A stretch of 64,000 nt of DNA. Source: Eubacteriales bacterium. GTDB lineage: Bacteria > Bacillota > Clostridia > Oscillospirales > CAG-272. The notes under the pieces are model-generated. The model did not search any database, had not been told where the DNA came from, and saw only the letters and a list, made by a program, of their open reading frames with translations. Made by a program: the position numbers and the translations under genes. The stretch lies in assembly GCA_045633405.1 (NCBI GenBank), contig JAZQYD010000058.1, positions 91,025 through 155,024 on the forward strand. The letters are read 5' to 3'. Position 1 is the stretch's first letter; every line of letters begins with the position of its first letter. Below, in pieces: positions 9,912 to 19,514 of this stretch.

Positions 9912-10775
9912 ATGCTGAAGAAGCTTCCGTTTTCACTCAACGTACCCGTTAACTTTTGCGACGTAAAGCTTAATTTCCACCTGAGCGAGATGATGAGAGT
10001 CGGCGGTGCCATGTGTGCATCCTCTCCGCATAACCACGGTGACTATGAGCTAAGATATCTGACGAGCGGTAGCTCGAACCAGGTCATCATGGGTAACGAG
10101 ATCATTCTGCACAGCGGTGATCTTGTAATGCTCCACCCCGGAGAAACTCATTATCAGACCGAGGATTCGATAACCCCCAACCTCGTGCAGTACAGTCTGC
10201 GTATATCCATCAAGAATAAAAACGTCCCCTCGGCAGTATCGCTCGAGGAGCTCTTAAATAAGATCACAACGCTGAAGGACGAGAGATACGTACTCGCCCC
10301 CCTCTTCAACAGACTCTGCAAGGAGATCGTCGATAGACACGCCGGCTTCTTTACGTATCTTCAATCGCTCTGCCAGAGCATACTGATAGAGGTCATACGC
10401 CTTTCGGAGCTCGACGCATCCGGCATCTTCACCACGAACAGCAGTAAGTACACAAGCTATTGGCACGACAGACTCGACCGCTTCCTTCACGATCACTATA
10501 TGGAGGATATCAAGCTCGAGGATCTTGCCGCAGATATCAGCCTCTCTCCGAGACACGCATCGAGGATGGTCATCAAGGAATACGGCATCAGCTTCATCGC
10601 CAAGCTGACGGAGATCAGACTCGATAATGCAAAATATCTCTTGAAGCATACTTCGAAGGACCTCACCTCCATCGCGACCTCCTGCGGCTTCGCGAGCTAC
10701 AGCTATTTCACCTCCTGCTTCAAGAAAAAGCTCGGAATTACCCCCGGAGAGTACAGAGCTAAGCACAAAAAGTAA
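9912..10775 (+). CDS. AraC family transcriptional regulator with cupin sensor domain
   Basis: PHNHGDYEL...LHPGETH cupin; C-terminal IATSCGFASYSYFTSCFKKKLGITPGEYR AraC signature. Confidence 0.92.
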   Translation: MLKKLPFSLNVPVNFCDVKLNFHLSEMMRVGGAMCASSPHNHGDYELRYLTSGSSNQVIMGNEIILHSGDLVMLHPGETHYQTEDSITPNLVQYSLRISIKNKNVPSAVSLEELLNKITTLKDERYVLAPLFNRLCKEIVDRHAGFFTYLQSLCQSILIEVIRLSELDASGIFTTNSSKYTSYWHDRLDRFLHDHYMEDIKLEDLAADISLSPRHASRMVIKEYGISFIAKLTEIRLDNAKYLLKHTSKDLTSIATSCGFASYSYFTSCFKKKLGITPGEYRAKHKK

Positions 10776-10794
10776 ACCTTTATTTACATACTAG

Positions 10795-10830
10795 AAACGC
10801 CATAGCATGCTTAGCTATGGCGTTTTATTT
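10795..10830 (+). terminator. Rho-independent terminator after araC-like gene
   Basis: AAACGCCATAGC-7-GCTATGGCGTTT followed by T-rich tract. Confidence 0.75.
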
Positions 10831-10877
10831 AACACGGGGTCTATGTAACACTGTTTTTCACTTTTTGCAAGCGATAC

Positions 10878-10908
10878 AAAAAAAGGACGGGATTTCTCTC
10901 GTCCTTTT
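10878..10908 (-). terminator. Terminator of pnp
   Basis: AAAAGGACGGGA-TTTC-TCTCGTCCTTTT with A run on the plus strand. Confidence 0.7.
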
Positions 10909-10939
10909 CGCTTATTTTAGATATTTTCAATCCACGGAA

Positions 10940-13045
10940 TTAGTCAGCGTCACGCATGGAAAGGTTCTGTCTGCCCTTCTCATCGGTACCGAGATACTTA
11001 ACTCTTACGGTATCGCCAACGCTTACTACGTCCTCAACGTTCTCGGTTCTCTGCTTCTGAAGCTTAGAGATGTGAACGAGTCCCTCCTTACCGGGAGCAT
11101 ACTCTACGAATGCACCGATGGGAATGATTCTTGTAACAATACCCTCGTAGGTCTCGCCAACAACGGGCTCGAATACGATAGCATCGATAATAGCCTTAGC
11201 CTTATCAGCACTTGCCTTATCAACAGCGGCGATGAATACGGAGCCGTCATCCTCGATATCGATCTTAGCACCGGTATCGGCAACGATCTTCTGAATAACC
11301 TTTCCGCCCGAGCCGATAACCTCTCTGATCTTATCGGGATCTATCTTCATGGAGATCATCTTGGGAGCATGCTCGGAAACCTCGCTTCTGGGAGCGGGGA
11401 TAGCTGCAAGGAGGATCTTATCGATGATCTCGTCTCTACCCTGGTGAGTAGTCTCGAGAGCTCTCTTAATGATTTCGGGAGTAAGACCGTCAACCTTGAG
11501 GTCCATCTGAATAGAGGTAATACCCTTGTGAGTACCTGCAACCTTAAAGTCCATGTCGCCATAGAAGTCCTCAAGACCCTGAATATCGATCATGGTATCC
11601 CAAGAGCCGTCCTCAGCGGTGATAAGACCGCAGGAGATACCTGCAACGGGAGCCTTGATCGGAACACCTGCATCCATAAGTGCAAGAGTAGAGCCGCAAA
11701 CGGAGCCCTGAGAGGTAGAACCGTTAGAGCTTACAACCTCGGATACAAGACGGATAGCATAGGGGAATTCCTCCTCGCTGGGAAGAACGGGAACGAGCGA
11801 ACGCTCAGCAAGAGCGCCGTGGCCGATCTCACGTCTGCCGGGAGAACGGAGTGCCTTAGCCTCACCCGTCGAATAGCCGGGCATGTTGTAGTGGTGCATA
11901 TATCTCTTACCGGTCTCGTCGTCACGACCCTCGAGCTTCTGGCCCTCGGAAAGAGTGCCGAGAGTAGCGATAGTAAGAACCTGAGTCTGTCCTCTGGTGA
12001 AAAGACCCGAGCCGTGAACTCTCGGAATAATACCAACCTCTGCTGCGAGAGGTCTGATCTCATCCATTCTTCTGCCGTCAACACGCTTCTTGTCAACAAG
12101 GAGCCAGCGACGAACGATCTTCTTCTGAATCTTGTAGATAAGCTCGGGAAGAATAACCTTGATATCGGGATACTTCTCCTCGAAGGTTGCTACGATATCG
12201 TCCATGATGGGCTGCATCTTAGCATCTCTTACGTTCTTATCATCGGTATCGAGGGCCTCCATAACCGCACACTCGCAGTGAGCGAAGATCTCATCGAACA
12301 TATCGTGATCAAGCTCGCCCGAAGCATACTCGAACTTGGGCTTACCGATCTCGGCTACAATATCATTGATGAAGTTAACAATACCCTTGATCTCCTCGTG
12401 AGCCTGCATGATAGCATCGTACATAACGTCATCCGATACCTCATTAGCACCGGCCTCGATCATAACTACCTTCTCAAGAGAAGCAGCTACCGTAAGCTCA
12501 AGATCGGAAACCTTTCTCTCCTCAGCGGTGGGGTTAACAACGATCTTACCGTCAACAAGACCCATGAACACGCCGCCGATAGGTCCGTTCCAAGGAATAT
12601 CCGAGATGGAAAGGGCGATGGATGCACCGATCATAGCGGTGATCTCGGGCGAGCAGTCGGGGTCAACCGACATAATAGTAAGAAGAAGAGAGATATCATT
12701 ACGAAGATCCTTGGGGAAGAGGGGTCTTACGGGACGGTCGATAACACGTCCTGCGAGAACTGCCTTCTCAGAGGGCTTACCCTCACGCTTGAGGAAGCCT
12801 CCGGGGATCTTACCTACTGCGTACATCTTCTCATCGTAGTCAACCGAGAGAGGAAGGAAGTCGAGTCCCTCACGGGGTGCTGCGGAAGCGGTTGCAGTAG
12901 CGAGAACGGTGGTCTCACCGTACTGAACGAGAGCGGCACCGTTTGCAAGTCCCGCAATCTTACCTGTCTTAACGACAAGGGGTCTGCCTGCAAGGTCATA
13001 TGTAAAGACCTTGTAATCGTCAAATGTCTTGAAATTTTCTACCAT
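10940..13045 (-). CDS. pnp: Polyribonucleotide nucleotidyltransferase
   Basis: RRELGHG-type (RREIGHGALAER), SNGSTS and GDMDFKVAGT motifs; KH and S1 domains; downstream of rpsO. Confidence 0.98.
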   Translation of the reverse strand: MVENFKTFDDYKVFTYDLAGRPLVVKTGKIAGLANGAALVQYGETTVLATATASAAPREGLDFLPLSVDYDEKMYAVGKIPGGFLKREGKPSEKAVLAGRVIDRPVRPLFPKDLRNDISLLLTIMSVDPDCSPEITAMIGASIALSISDIPWNGPIGGVFMGLVDGKIVVNPTAEERKVSDLELTVAASLEKVVMIEAGANEVSDDVMYDAIMQAHEEIKGIVNFINDIVAEIGKPKFEYASGELDHDMFDEIFAHCECAVMEALDTDDKNVRDAKMQPIMDDIVATFEEKYPDIKVILPELIYKIQKKIVRRWLLVDKKRVDGRRMDEIRPLAAEVGIIPRVHGSGLFTRGQTQVLTIATLGTLSEGQKLEGRDDETGKRYMHHYNMPGYSTGEAKALRSPGRREIGHGALAERSLVPVLPSEEEFPYAIRLVSEVVSSNGSTSQGSVCGSTLALMDAGVPIKAPVAGISCGLITAEDGSWDTMIDIQGLEDFYGDMDFKVAGTHKGITSIQMDLKVDGLTPEIIKRALETTHQGRDEIIDKILLAAIPAPRSEVSEHAPKMISMKIDPDKIREVIGSGGKVIQKIVADTGAKIDIEDDGSVFIAAVDKASADKAKAIIDAIVFEPVVGETYEGIVTRIIPIGAFVEYAPGKEGLVHISKLQKQRTENVEDVVSVGDTVRVKYLGTDEKGRQNLSMRDAD

Positions 13046-13204
13046 TGCTTTTTCTTATCCTCCATTTTTGTTTTTTTGCGAGGTCCGAACATAGCACTTA
13101 AATACATCCCCGTGCCTGCCGGATACATATTTAACTGCTACTTCCGTCCCTCATTGTTTGTTTTGTTATATTTTCCGCTATTTTCCCCTAAAGAGGGGGA
13201 GTTT

Positions 13205-13245
13205 ACGAGAAACGGGAACGACTGACAAGCTCGTTCCCGTCTCGT
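13205..13245. terminator. Hairpin between rpsO and pnp (terminator or processing site)
   Basis: ACGAGAAACGGGAACGA...TCGTTCCCGTCTCGT inverted repeat. Confidence 0.5.
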
Positions 13246-13265
13246 ATACCGACCAAAACCGTAAA

Positions 13266-13532
13266 TTACTTACGGAGACCGAGCCTCTTAATAACTGCTC
13301 TGTATCTCTCGATATCCTTCTTCGCGAGATAGTTAAGAAGCTGCTTTCTGTGGCCGACCATCTTGGACAAACCTCTCTGAGAGTGGAAGTCCTTAGGATT
13401 CTTCTTCATGTGCTCGGTAAGCTCATTGATTCTGTTAGTAAGAATAGCTACCTGAACCTCGGGAGAACCTGTGTCTCTCTCATTGATCTTGTACTCCTCA
13501 ATGAGAGCTGTCTTTGTTTCCTTAGAAATCAT
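13266..13532 (-). CDS. rpsO: 30S ribosomal protein S15
   Basis: [13 protein letters not shown]...KDFHSQRGL; start at ATG 13532 with RBS AAAGGTG. Confidence 0.98.
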   Translation of the reverse strand: MISKETKTALIEEYKINERDTGSPEVQVAILTNRINELTEHMKKNPKDFHSQRGLSKMVGHRKQLLNYLAKKDIERYRAVIKRLGLRK

Positions 13533-13661
13533 TGTCTTCACCTTTCTTAAAATTTATTTCCTAAAGCCGAGATAGGTGCGGGTGAAATGCGAGAGCCACG
13601 CAGAGGCTTTTACCAAAACGGAGCTATGCCATACACGAACCCAAGCAATAGGCCAAACGGT

Positions 13662-13690
13662 ATTATATCATAATAAAACCGATTTGTAAA
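13662..13690 (-). promoter_or_regulatory. sigma-A promoter of rpsO-pnp
   Basis: TTTACA-17-TATAAT with extended TG on the minus strand. Confidence 0.7.
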
Positions 13691-13791
13691 GTAGTTTGGC
13701 AAAAAAACATTGCTTTATGGGAAAATATTTTTAAAAGCGGTATTTCCTTAGCAATGCTTTTTTGCCGTCAATTATTCCCTCTCCTTTATTC

Positions 13792-16700
13792 TTAAGGTAG
13801 AACTATGTCAATCGAGGGAGTGTTTCCGATGTCGGGACGCTCTACGACTATGCCGTATCTGTACGAGTAAGCCTCGGTACAGTAGGTATAGAGAGCGGAG
13901 AGAAGCTTCGCAAGAGGAACGTCCTTCTTGTCGGAGTTAATGATGTAAGCACGAAGATCGTACGTACCGCTGAAGGCAGTGCCGTCAGAGGATGTACCCT
14001 CGATCGTGATGGCCTTCTCGGGATCGTACATATCGTATGCACGTACGCCGATATTGATAAAGCTCTGACCCTCGTAGAGGCCGTCCTTTATGCTATATGC
14101 AACTCCGTTAAGCTTAAGTGTGCCGGTGAAGCCCTCCTTGATGTTGAATCTGAAGTAGAGGCTGGCACCAATATCAAGCTGAGCACCCGCTATTGCCACA
14201 CCTGCGTTATTCTTATTCGTGGTAGTAATGTCAGCAGGCATAGCCTCGGGACGGTTCTTTTTGTAAGCGGTCGATGCAAGCATTTCGGTAAGAGCAAGAG
14301 GCTTCGCAGATTTGGTATATTCGTATGCCGCATTTACGTAATCTACAACGCTCGCCGCAAGCTTAGCGGTATCCTGATACTTGTAGTCACTGAAGATACG
14401 CTTACAGTATTCGATAACCGAGAAGGTTCTCTTCTCCGAGATGTCTCCGCAGTAGAAGTACATCTCGATATCCTCAGCCGCCCTATGAGGAGCGACGTTT
14501 CTTATGGCAATCTTGTAGTAAGCAGTGCCGTTTGCATCCACGTAGGTAGCACAGTTTTCATCGATGAGATACTCGTCTCCGTATACTACAACCTTGTCTA
14601 TCTTATTGCCCTCTACGGGAAGGAAGAAGTTGATGGTGAAGTCGGAATAGAGAGTAAGAGAGCTCTTTACGCCAACGATGTAGGGTGCATAAACAGTGAA
14701 GAACGCACCGTCTGCAACGAAGGCAGCTCTGGAATACACGTAGGAATCAACTATCGTGTAATCATCGTCGAGGGTTACGTACTCGTATCCGTAGGCCTTG
14801 TAGGTTATAGTAGCCTTATCCTCGGGAAGACCGAAGCCATCCTTTGAGACAAGTGCTCCCTTCTCCAAGTGGAGACGGAAATCAGCTTTTGTGAAGGTTA
14901 TCGGGTGGGTGGTCGAATAATTGAACGAAATTCCGTAGGTAAGCTTGGTATCTCCGAGCACGTATACGTCTCTATACTCATTTGCGTTTGTCCACTCTGC
15001 ATAGCTGAAGAAAGCTACGCCTATGTTTACGGTAGAATCTACAATGAACATGTTACGGTCCATTGCAACGCCTTCCGGTACGGTCAGACGGGAATATATG
15101 AAGCTACCGCCGGCATCAACAGTACAACGGTTGAAGACTATCTTGCTTGCACCGTTATCCCAGAGGATGTTTCCGCCAGTAGATGTGATATTAACGTCCT
15201 CGAATATAAGCGTCGTGCCAAGACGTGCTAAGAAGCCGTCGCCGCCTTTTCTCACAATATTACCGTTTTTAACGGTAAACGTACAGGCAATAGGCTTAGT
15301 GGAAGAGCCGCCGAGATCAAATCTTGCACTGACAGTCAGTGTCTTCTTATTAAGATCGACGAGAAGTGTCTGGGAGCCTCCAAGAGCTACGTTGGCTGTG
15401 AGCACGGAATCCTTAAGGATAACTACACGCACTGCCTTGGAGTTAGGAAGAGCCTTTACAAGATCGTTTACGTAGTAGTAAAGCTTCGTGCCGTCATTCT
15501 GGTAGACCTCAAAGGAGACGTCGGTGCTGAGTCCTACTATGTAAGGATATTCCTCATCGCCGCTATCCGTGATCTTTACTATATAATTGGAGTAACCGTA
15601 TACCCCCTCCTCCTCAGAGGTAAGAGCACTTCCGATATTGACTCCACCGTCCTCATTCATCGACATATCCGAGCGATAGCTGAGAGTGAAGGTACGTGTA
15701 ATTTCATCGGTAGCAACGTTATCGGGAAGGACGATGCCCTCGAAATTGAACTTAACGCCGTTTGCAACGTTGAAGTTAGTGACTACGTCAACAGACCCAA
15801 GCGTGAACGAAACAAGCTTATCGGGAGTGTAGTCGGGAATATAGATAGATGAATTTCCGAGAATGAATACGTCGTGGTAATTCTTGTAATCGGGATGGCC
15901 CTCTTTAAAATCAATGAGCGAGGTAGTTACCCTGATCTCGGAGTTGTTGATTATGAGTCTGTGTCCGCTTGATGCATCGTAGTTTGCATTAGAACAAATG
16001 TAGAGGAAATTGCCATCTACCTGCACACGGCTGTCATTGATAACTACCTTTGCACCCTCGTCACGGATAAACGACATAGAGGTTGCGTAATCGACGTCAT
16101 TCACCGTGAAGGACGTACCGTATCTCAGCTGAACAAGAGCATTCGCACGCCAGGTACCGTTGTTTACGGTAAGGCTGCCCGACTGCTTTTTTGTATTCAT
16201 AGACTGACCGACTCTTATCAGCTTCTTCTGGTAGAAGAAATTACCGTTAAGATTTATAGTAAGATGCTTATTGGGCTTTACGTTAGTGGTAACACTGAGG
16301 AATACGTTGTCGTGACACTCTACCCTGACGACGTTTTCCTTAGTCCAGCTTTCCGTAGAATCGGGATTCTCAAGGATACCCGCAGCAAGGTCTGCGGTGA
16401 TAAAGTCCACCGACGAGCCGTCAGCATAGTATACGGTGTATGCAGGACCGTCAGGAGCAATCGTGGGGGTATCGCCCTTCACTACCGTCCAGCTAGCCAT
16501 AGGAACGATCTCGGTATATCCAAGCTCGGGCTGATCGTTGCCGTTAACGATCTCGATTACAACGGCGAGGTTAAGCTCGGTTACGTTCTCACACTTGATA
16601 GCAAGCCTTCTGAACTTCTCTCTGTTGTCCTCTCTAATGCCTTCCTTGTTAGAGGGAGAATAATCAGGACTCGGAGTCGCCTCGAGAGTGAAGGTGTAGG

Positions 16701-19395
16701 TATCCATTATCTCGAAGCGGAGATCCTCTCTGTCAGACAGAAGAGTCACTCTCAGCTTCTGCAGAACGTTCTCAGAGCTGATAGCCCACATATATGCTGT
16801 TCTGCCGTCCTCCGAGATCTCTACGCTGCCGACAACGGTAGTATCGTAGTGAGCGAACCAGTAGAAGGTCTCAGGCGTGGTAGTCTTCACCTCGTCCTGA
16901 ATAACGAAGGTGCGTCTGTTATTTGTAACGAGCATTCCGCGGTATGCGTACTCTACCTTAGTACCGTATACGGTGTGCTGATCAATGACGGTAGCAGAGC
17001 CGTACTCGTTGTTAGTGTACGAAATGAGCTGGCCTCCTATGGTATCGTCATTCGCTTTCGCATCCCTCAGCTGACCGTGAGGAATGTATTCATTGTCACT
17101 GGTAAGAGCGAGAGTATTGTTACCCTCGGCAGAATACTTATAATATCCCATGGCGAAGCCTCCGCCATAGAGGTTGTAGTTATCGGCTCCGAGGTCGCAG
17201 AACCAACGGACGCCCTTGTTTTCGTATATCCAGTTACCCGAGTCGTACTGACCGTGTGCTACGTTGTTGTAACCACCCATAAGTCCTGCGAAAAGGCCAT
17301 CCCTTTTCCACGAATCACGGACGATGGTAGCATCGATACTCGTCATCGAGTAGTCGAGGGGGAGGTTAGATGACGTGAGATTATCAATAGTTGTCTTATC
17401 GTAATAAAGAACGTCCCAGCGATGCGGAGCCTTATTCGCGTCGCCGCTACGTATCTGCTCGTGTCTGATCGCAGCGTACTCGGGGTTATCGTACAGCTCG
17501 GCTGACAGGTAATACCATTGGCTCGGCTGAGTGCCTGTCCAGTCGTCGTGGTAGTTCCATCTCTTGTAGGCTCCGCTCTCAAGCATACAGCCGAAGTAGT
17601 CGGAGGTGTCAAGACCGGGATAATTTGCAAGACCGAAATCGGTATCTGCGGTATCCTGAAGAATCTTGTTGATCATATGCATAAATCTGACCGTACCCCA
17701 ATAGCCCGAGGACTCGCGATAGCCGCCGTCAAGGGTAATATAGGTCATACCGCGTTCCATATAATGACCGAGGGATGCGGCAATAACGTAAAGGCAGTCC
17801 GCCTGATACTCTTCCCTATCCATAACGGCAAGAGAAGCGATAAGCATACCGAGAGTACCGCAGGAGTTCCAGTTACCTACGTGTGCCCAGTAGCGTGAGG
17901 AGTCACCGTACCGTCCGTGCTCATCAAGGTTTCCGGTAAGTGTAACGGTTGCCTCATATACGGCATTCTCGTAGATACGCTCAGCGAGAGCGTCCACAGC
18001 ATCCTGTCCGTAAACTCTTACAAAATCATTGTAGAGCCAGTCATACGCAGTAGCAAGAGGACGTGCGGTGTTAGCACAGTTGAGATAGTGACCGGGGCCC
18101 CAGTGCTGCCAGGAGCAGAGTGCGACCATCCAATCGTATGCGAAGGCGAGATACTTCTCGTCTCTTGTGATCTGATAAGCAAGTGCGGCGGGCTCGAGAG
18201 CTCCTACAAGACAGTCCTCACCGTCGGAGAGCACGTTAAGACGTCCGCCCGCAGGGTCATATCCCTGACCGTAGCCCTTTCCCGTTGAGGCATTTCTGTT
18301 ATATTCGTCGCCTATATAGGGCATCTCGGATACGGAGTGGTTTTCAACACCCTCTACAACCTCGGTGCTCCAGCCGGAGCCGGGGTTAGCCTTACCCTCC
18401 GAGTCATAAACCCAGTGACCGTCCTTAAGACCGGCGTAGGTGCCGTCGGTATTAAAGTTAACGTACTTCGCAAGATATTTGTCCGCATATACGATCTGAG
18501 TCTCAATATAGCTCTTGAGCTCCTCATCGTAATACTCGCTGTATGCATTCGACTCAGTAGCGAGGTAGGTATTATTGAGCAAGTCGAATCTTTCCTGATT
18601 AGTCTTTATGTAGGGGTGCTGGAAGTTGTTCGTACCGTCCTTGAACATGTTGTAAAGCTCAGCAAATTCGGGAAGCTCGTTGAAGGAGGCGATAAAGGAC
18701 GCTTTGTCCTTTATGGGCGAGGATCTGTAATCCGCTACAAGCTTCTTACCATCTGCGTTAACAAGAGTTCTGAAGTCGATATCCGAGTAGATGAAAAGCT
18801 TCGCAGTATCCTTAATAAGCTGCTCGTCGGAATCATCCGCTCTGTTAACGAACTCATCCTGCTTTGCAATGAAGATCATACCCGAGGCATCATAGGTTAC
18901 AAAGTAGCCCTCGAAGAGCGTCTCTACGTCGTCAAGAGCAATAAACATAACCTCGTTGGTATCGAAGGTATTTACCACGGGTGCCTTAGTAAGGAGTATC
19001 ACCGTCCCCTCGGTAGTTACGTTACCTGCTACGAGAGTGAAATATCTGTCTGACAGAATTACGGTGTATCTGGATGCACCGTCAGACTCATAGGCAAGGC
19101 CCATGTAGTCAAGAATCGGCTTAAGAGGCACCATAACGGTACCGTCTGCCTTGTAGGGTGCACCGTAAGCCTTCCCCTTCTCATCAGCGAAGAGTGGCTT
19201 CTTTTCTCCGCGTAAAAGCGAATTGTCAGCCTTAACCTTCATAACAAGGGCATCGGCGATGACCTCCTCGGCAGAGGGTGAGGTCTCATCATTCTGCACC
19301 TCTGTCTCCGTCTCACCGCTAACCAAACCGGTAGCTAACGGAAGAAGAAAAGCAAAAGCGAGAATGATGGCTAATAATTTAGTTACATTTTTCAT
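13792..19395 (-). CDS. Giant secreted heparinase II/III-like polysaccharide lyase (1867 aa), multidomain
   Basis: Signal peptide; stalk domain; alpha-toroid motifs ALAYQITRDEKY, WGPGHYLN, AYDWLY, GNWN, GGYRESSGYW; beta domain HGQYDSGNWIYENKGVRWFCDLG; two beta-helix-like repeats; C-terminal duplicated module. Confidence 0.85.
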   Translation of the reverse strand: MKNVTKLLAIILAFAFLLPLATGLVSGETETEVQNDETSPSAEEVIADALVMKVKADNSLLRGEKKPLFADEKGKAYGAPYKADGTVMVPLKPILDYMGLAYESDGASRYTVILSDRYFTLVAGNVTTEGTVILLTKAPVVNTFDTNEVMFIALDDVETLFEGYFVTYDASGMIFIAKQDEFVNRADDSDEQLIKDTAKLFIYSDIDFRTLVNADGKKLVADYRSSPIKDKASFIASFNELPEFAELYNMFKDGTNNFQHPYIKTNQERFDLLNNTYLATESNAYSEYYDEELKSYIETQIVYADKYLAKYVNFNTDGTYAGLKDGHWVYDSEGKANPGSGWSTEVVEGVENHSVSEMPYIGDEYNRNASTGKGYGQGYDPAGGRLNVLSDGEDCLVGALEPAALAYQITRDEKYLAFAYDWMVALCSWQHWGPGHYLNCANTARPLATAYDWLYNDFVRVYGQDAVDALAERIYENAVYEATVTLTGNLDEHGRYGDSSRYWAHVGNWNSCGTLGMLIASLAVMDREEYQADCLYVIAASLGHYMERGMTYITLDGGYRESSGYWGTVRFMHMINKILQDTADTDFGLANYPGLDTSDYFGCMLESGAYKRWNYHDDWTGTQPSQWYYLSAELYDNPEYAAIRHEQIRSGDANKAPHRWDVLYYDKTTIDNLTSSNLPLDYSMTSIDATIVRDSWKRDGLFAGLMGGYNNVAHGQYDSGNWIYENKGVRWFCDLGADNYNLYGGGFAMGYYKYSAEGNNTLALTSDNEYIPHGQLRDAKANDDTIGGQLISYTNNEYGSATVIDQHTVYGTKVEYAYRGMLVTNNRRTFVIQDEVKTTTPETFYWFAHYDTTVVGSVEISEDGRTAYMWAISSENVLQKLRVTLLSDREDLRFEIMDTYTFTLEATPSPDYSPSNKEGIREDNREKFRRLAIKCENVTELNLAVVIEIVNGNDQPELGYTEIVPMASWTVVKGDTPTIAPDGPAYTVYYADGSSVDFITADLAAGILENPDSTESWTKENVVRVECHDNVFLSVTTNVKPNKHLTINLNGNFFYQKKLIRVGQSMNTKKQSGSLTVNNGTWRANALVQLRYGTSFTVNDVDYATSMSFIRDEGAKVVINDSRVQVDGNFLYICSNANYDASSGHRLIINNSEIRVTTSLIDFKEGHPDYKNYHDVFILGNSSIYIPDYTPDKLVSFTLGSVDVVTNFNVANGVKFNFEGIVLPDNVATDEITRTFTLSYRSDMSMNEDGGVNIGSALTSEEEGVYGYSNYIVKITDSGDEEYPYIVGLSTDVSFEVYQNDGTKLYYYVNDLVKALPNSKAVRVVILKDSVLTANVALGGSQTLLVDLNKKTLTVSARFDLGGSSTKPIACTFTVKNGNIVRKGGDGFLARLGTTLIFEDVNITSTGGNILWDNGASKIVFNRCTVDAGGSFIYSRLTVPEGVAMDRNMFIVDSTVNIGVAFFSYAEWTNANEYRDVYVLGDTKLTYGISFNYSTTHPITFTKADFRLHLEKGALVSKDGFGLPEDKATITYKAYGYEYVTLDDDYTIVDSYVYSRAAFVADGAFFTVYAPYIVGVKSSLTLYSDFTINFFLPVEGNKIDKVVVYGDEYLIDENCATYVDANGTAYYKIAIRNVAPHRAAEDIEMYFYCGDISEKRTFSVIEYCKRIFSDYKYQDTAKLAASVVDYVNAAYEYTKSAKPLALTEMLASTAYKKNRPEAMPADITTTNKNNAGVAIAGAQLDIGASLYFRFNIKEGFTGTLKLNGVAYSIKDGLYEGQSFINIGVRAYDMYDPEKAITIEGTSSDGTAFSGTYDLRAYIINSDKKDVPLAKLLSALYTYCTEAYSYRYGIVVERPDIGNTPSIDIVLP

Positions 19396-19468
19396 GAGAA
19401 AACTCCCTTCAAACGTAGTGATCGCTACTATTATAACATATTATAAACAAAAAACAAAGCAATAATAT

Positions 19469-19494
19469 AGACAAAATTAGCGATAATCTTGTCT
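19469..19494. promoter_or_regulatory. Candidate operator, inverted repeat AGACA-N16-TGTCT
   Basis: AGACAAAATT-AGCGAT-AATCTTGTCT upstream of the extended -10 (TGnTATAAT, 19430-19435) of the lyase gene. Confidence 0.4.
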
Positions 19495-19514
19495 TAATAT
19501 TAAACAAAGGTAAA

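Noticed and set aside
10817..13225. 802-aa plus-strand ORF, and the many other long antisense ORFs across the window
   Set aside because: Lies codon-aligned opposite pnp. Rare use of TTA/CTA/TCA codons in real genes removes antisense stops, which explains the window-wide pattern.
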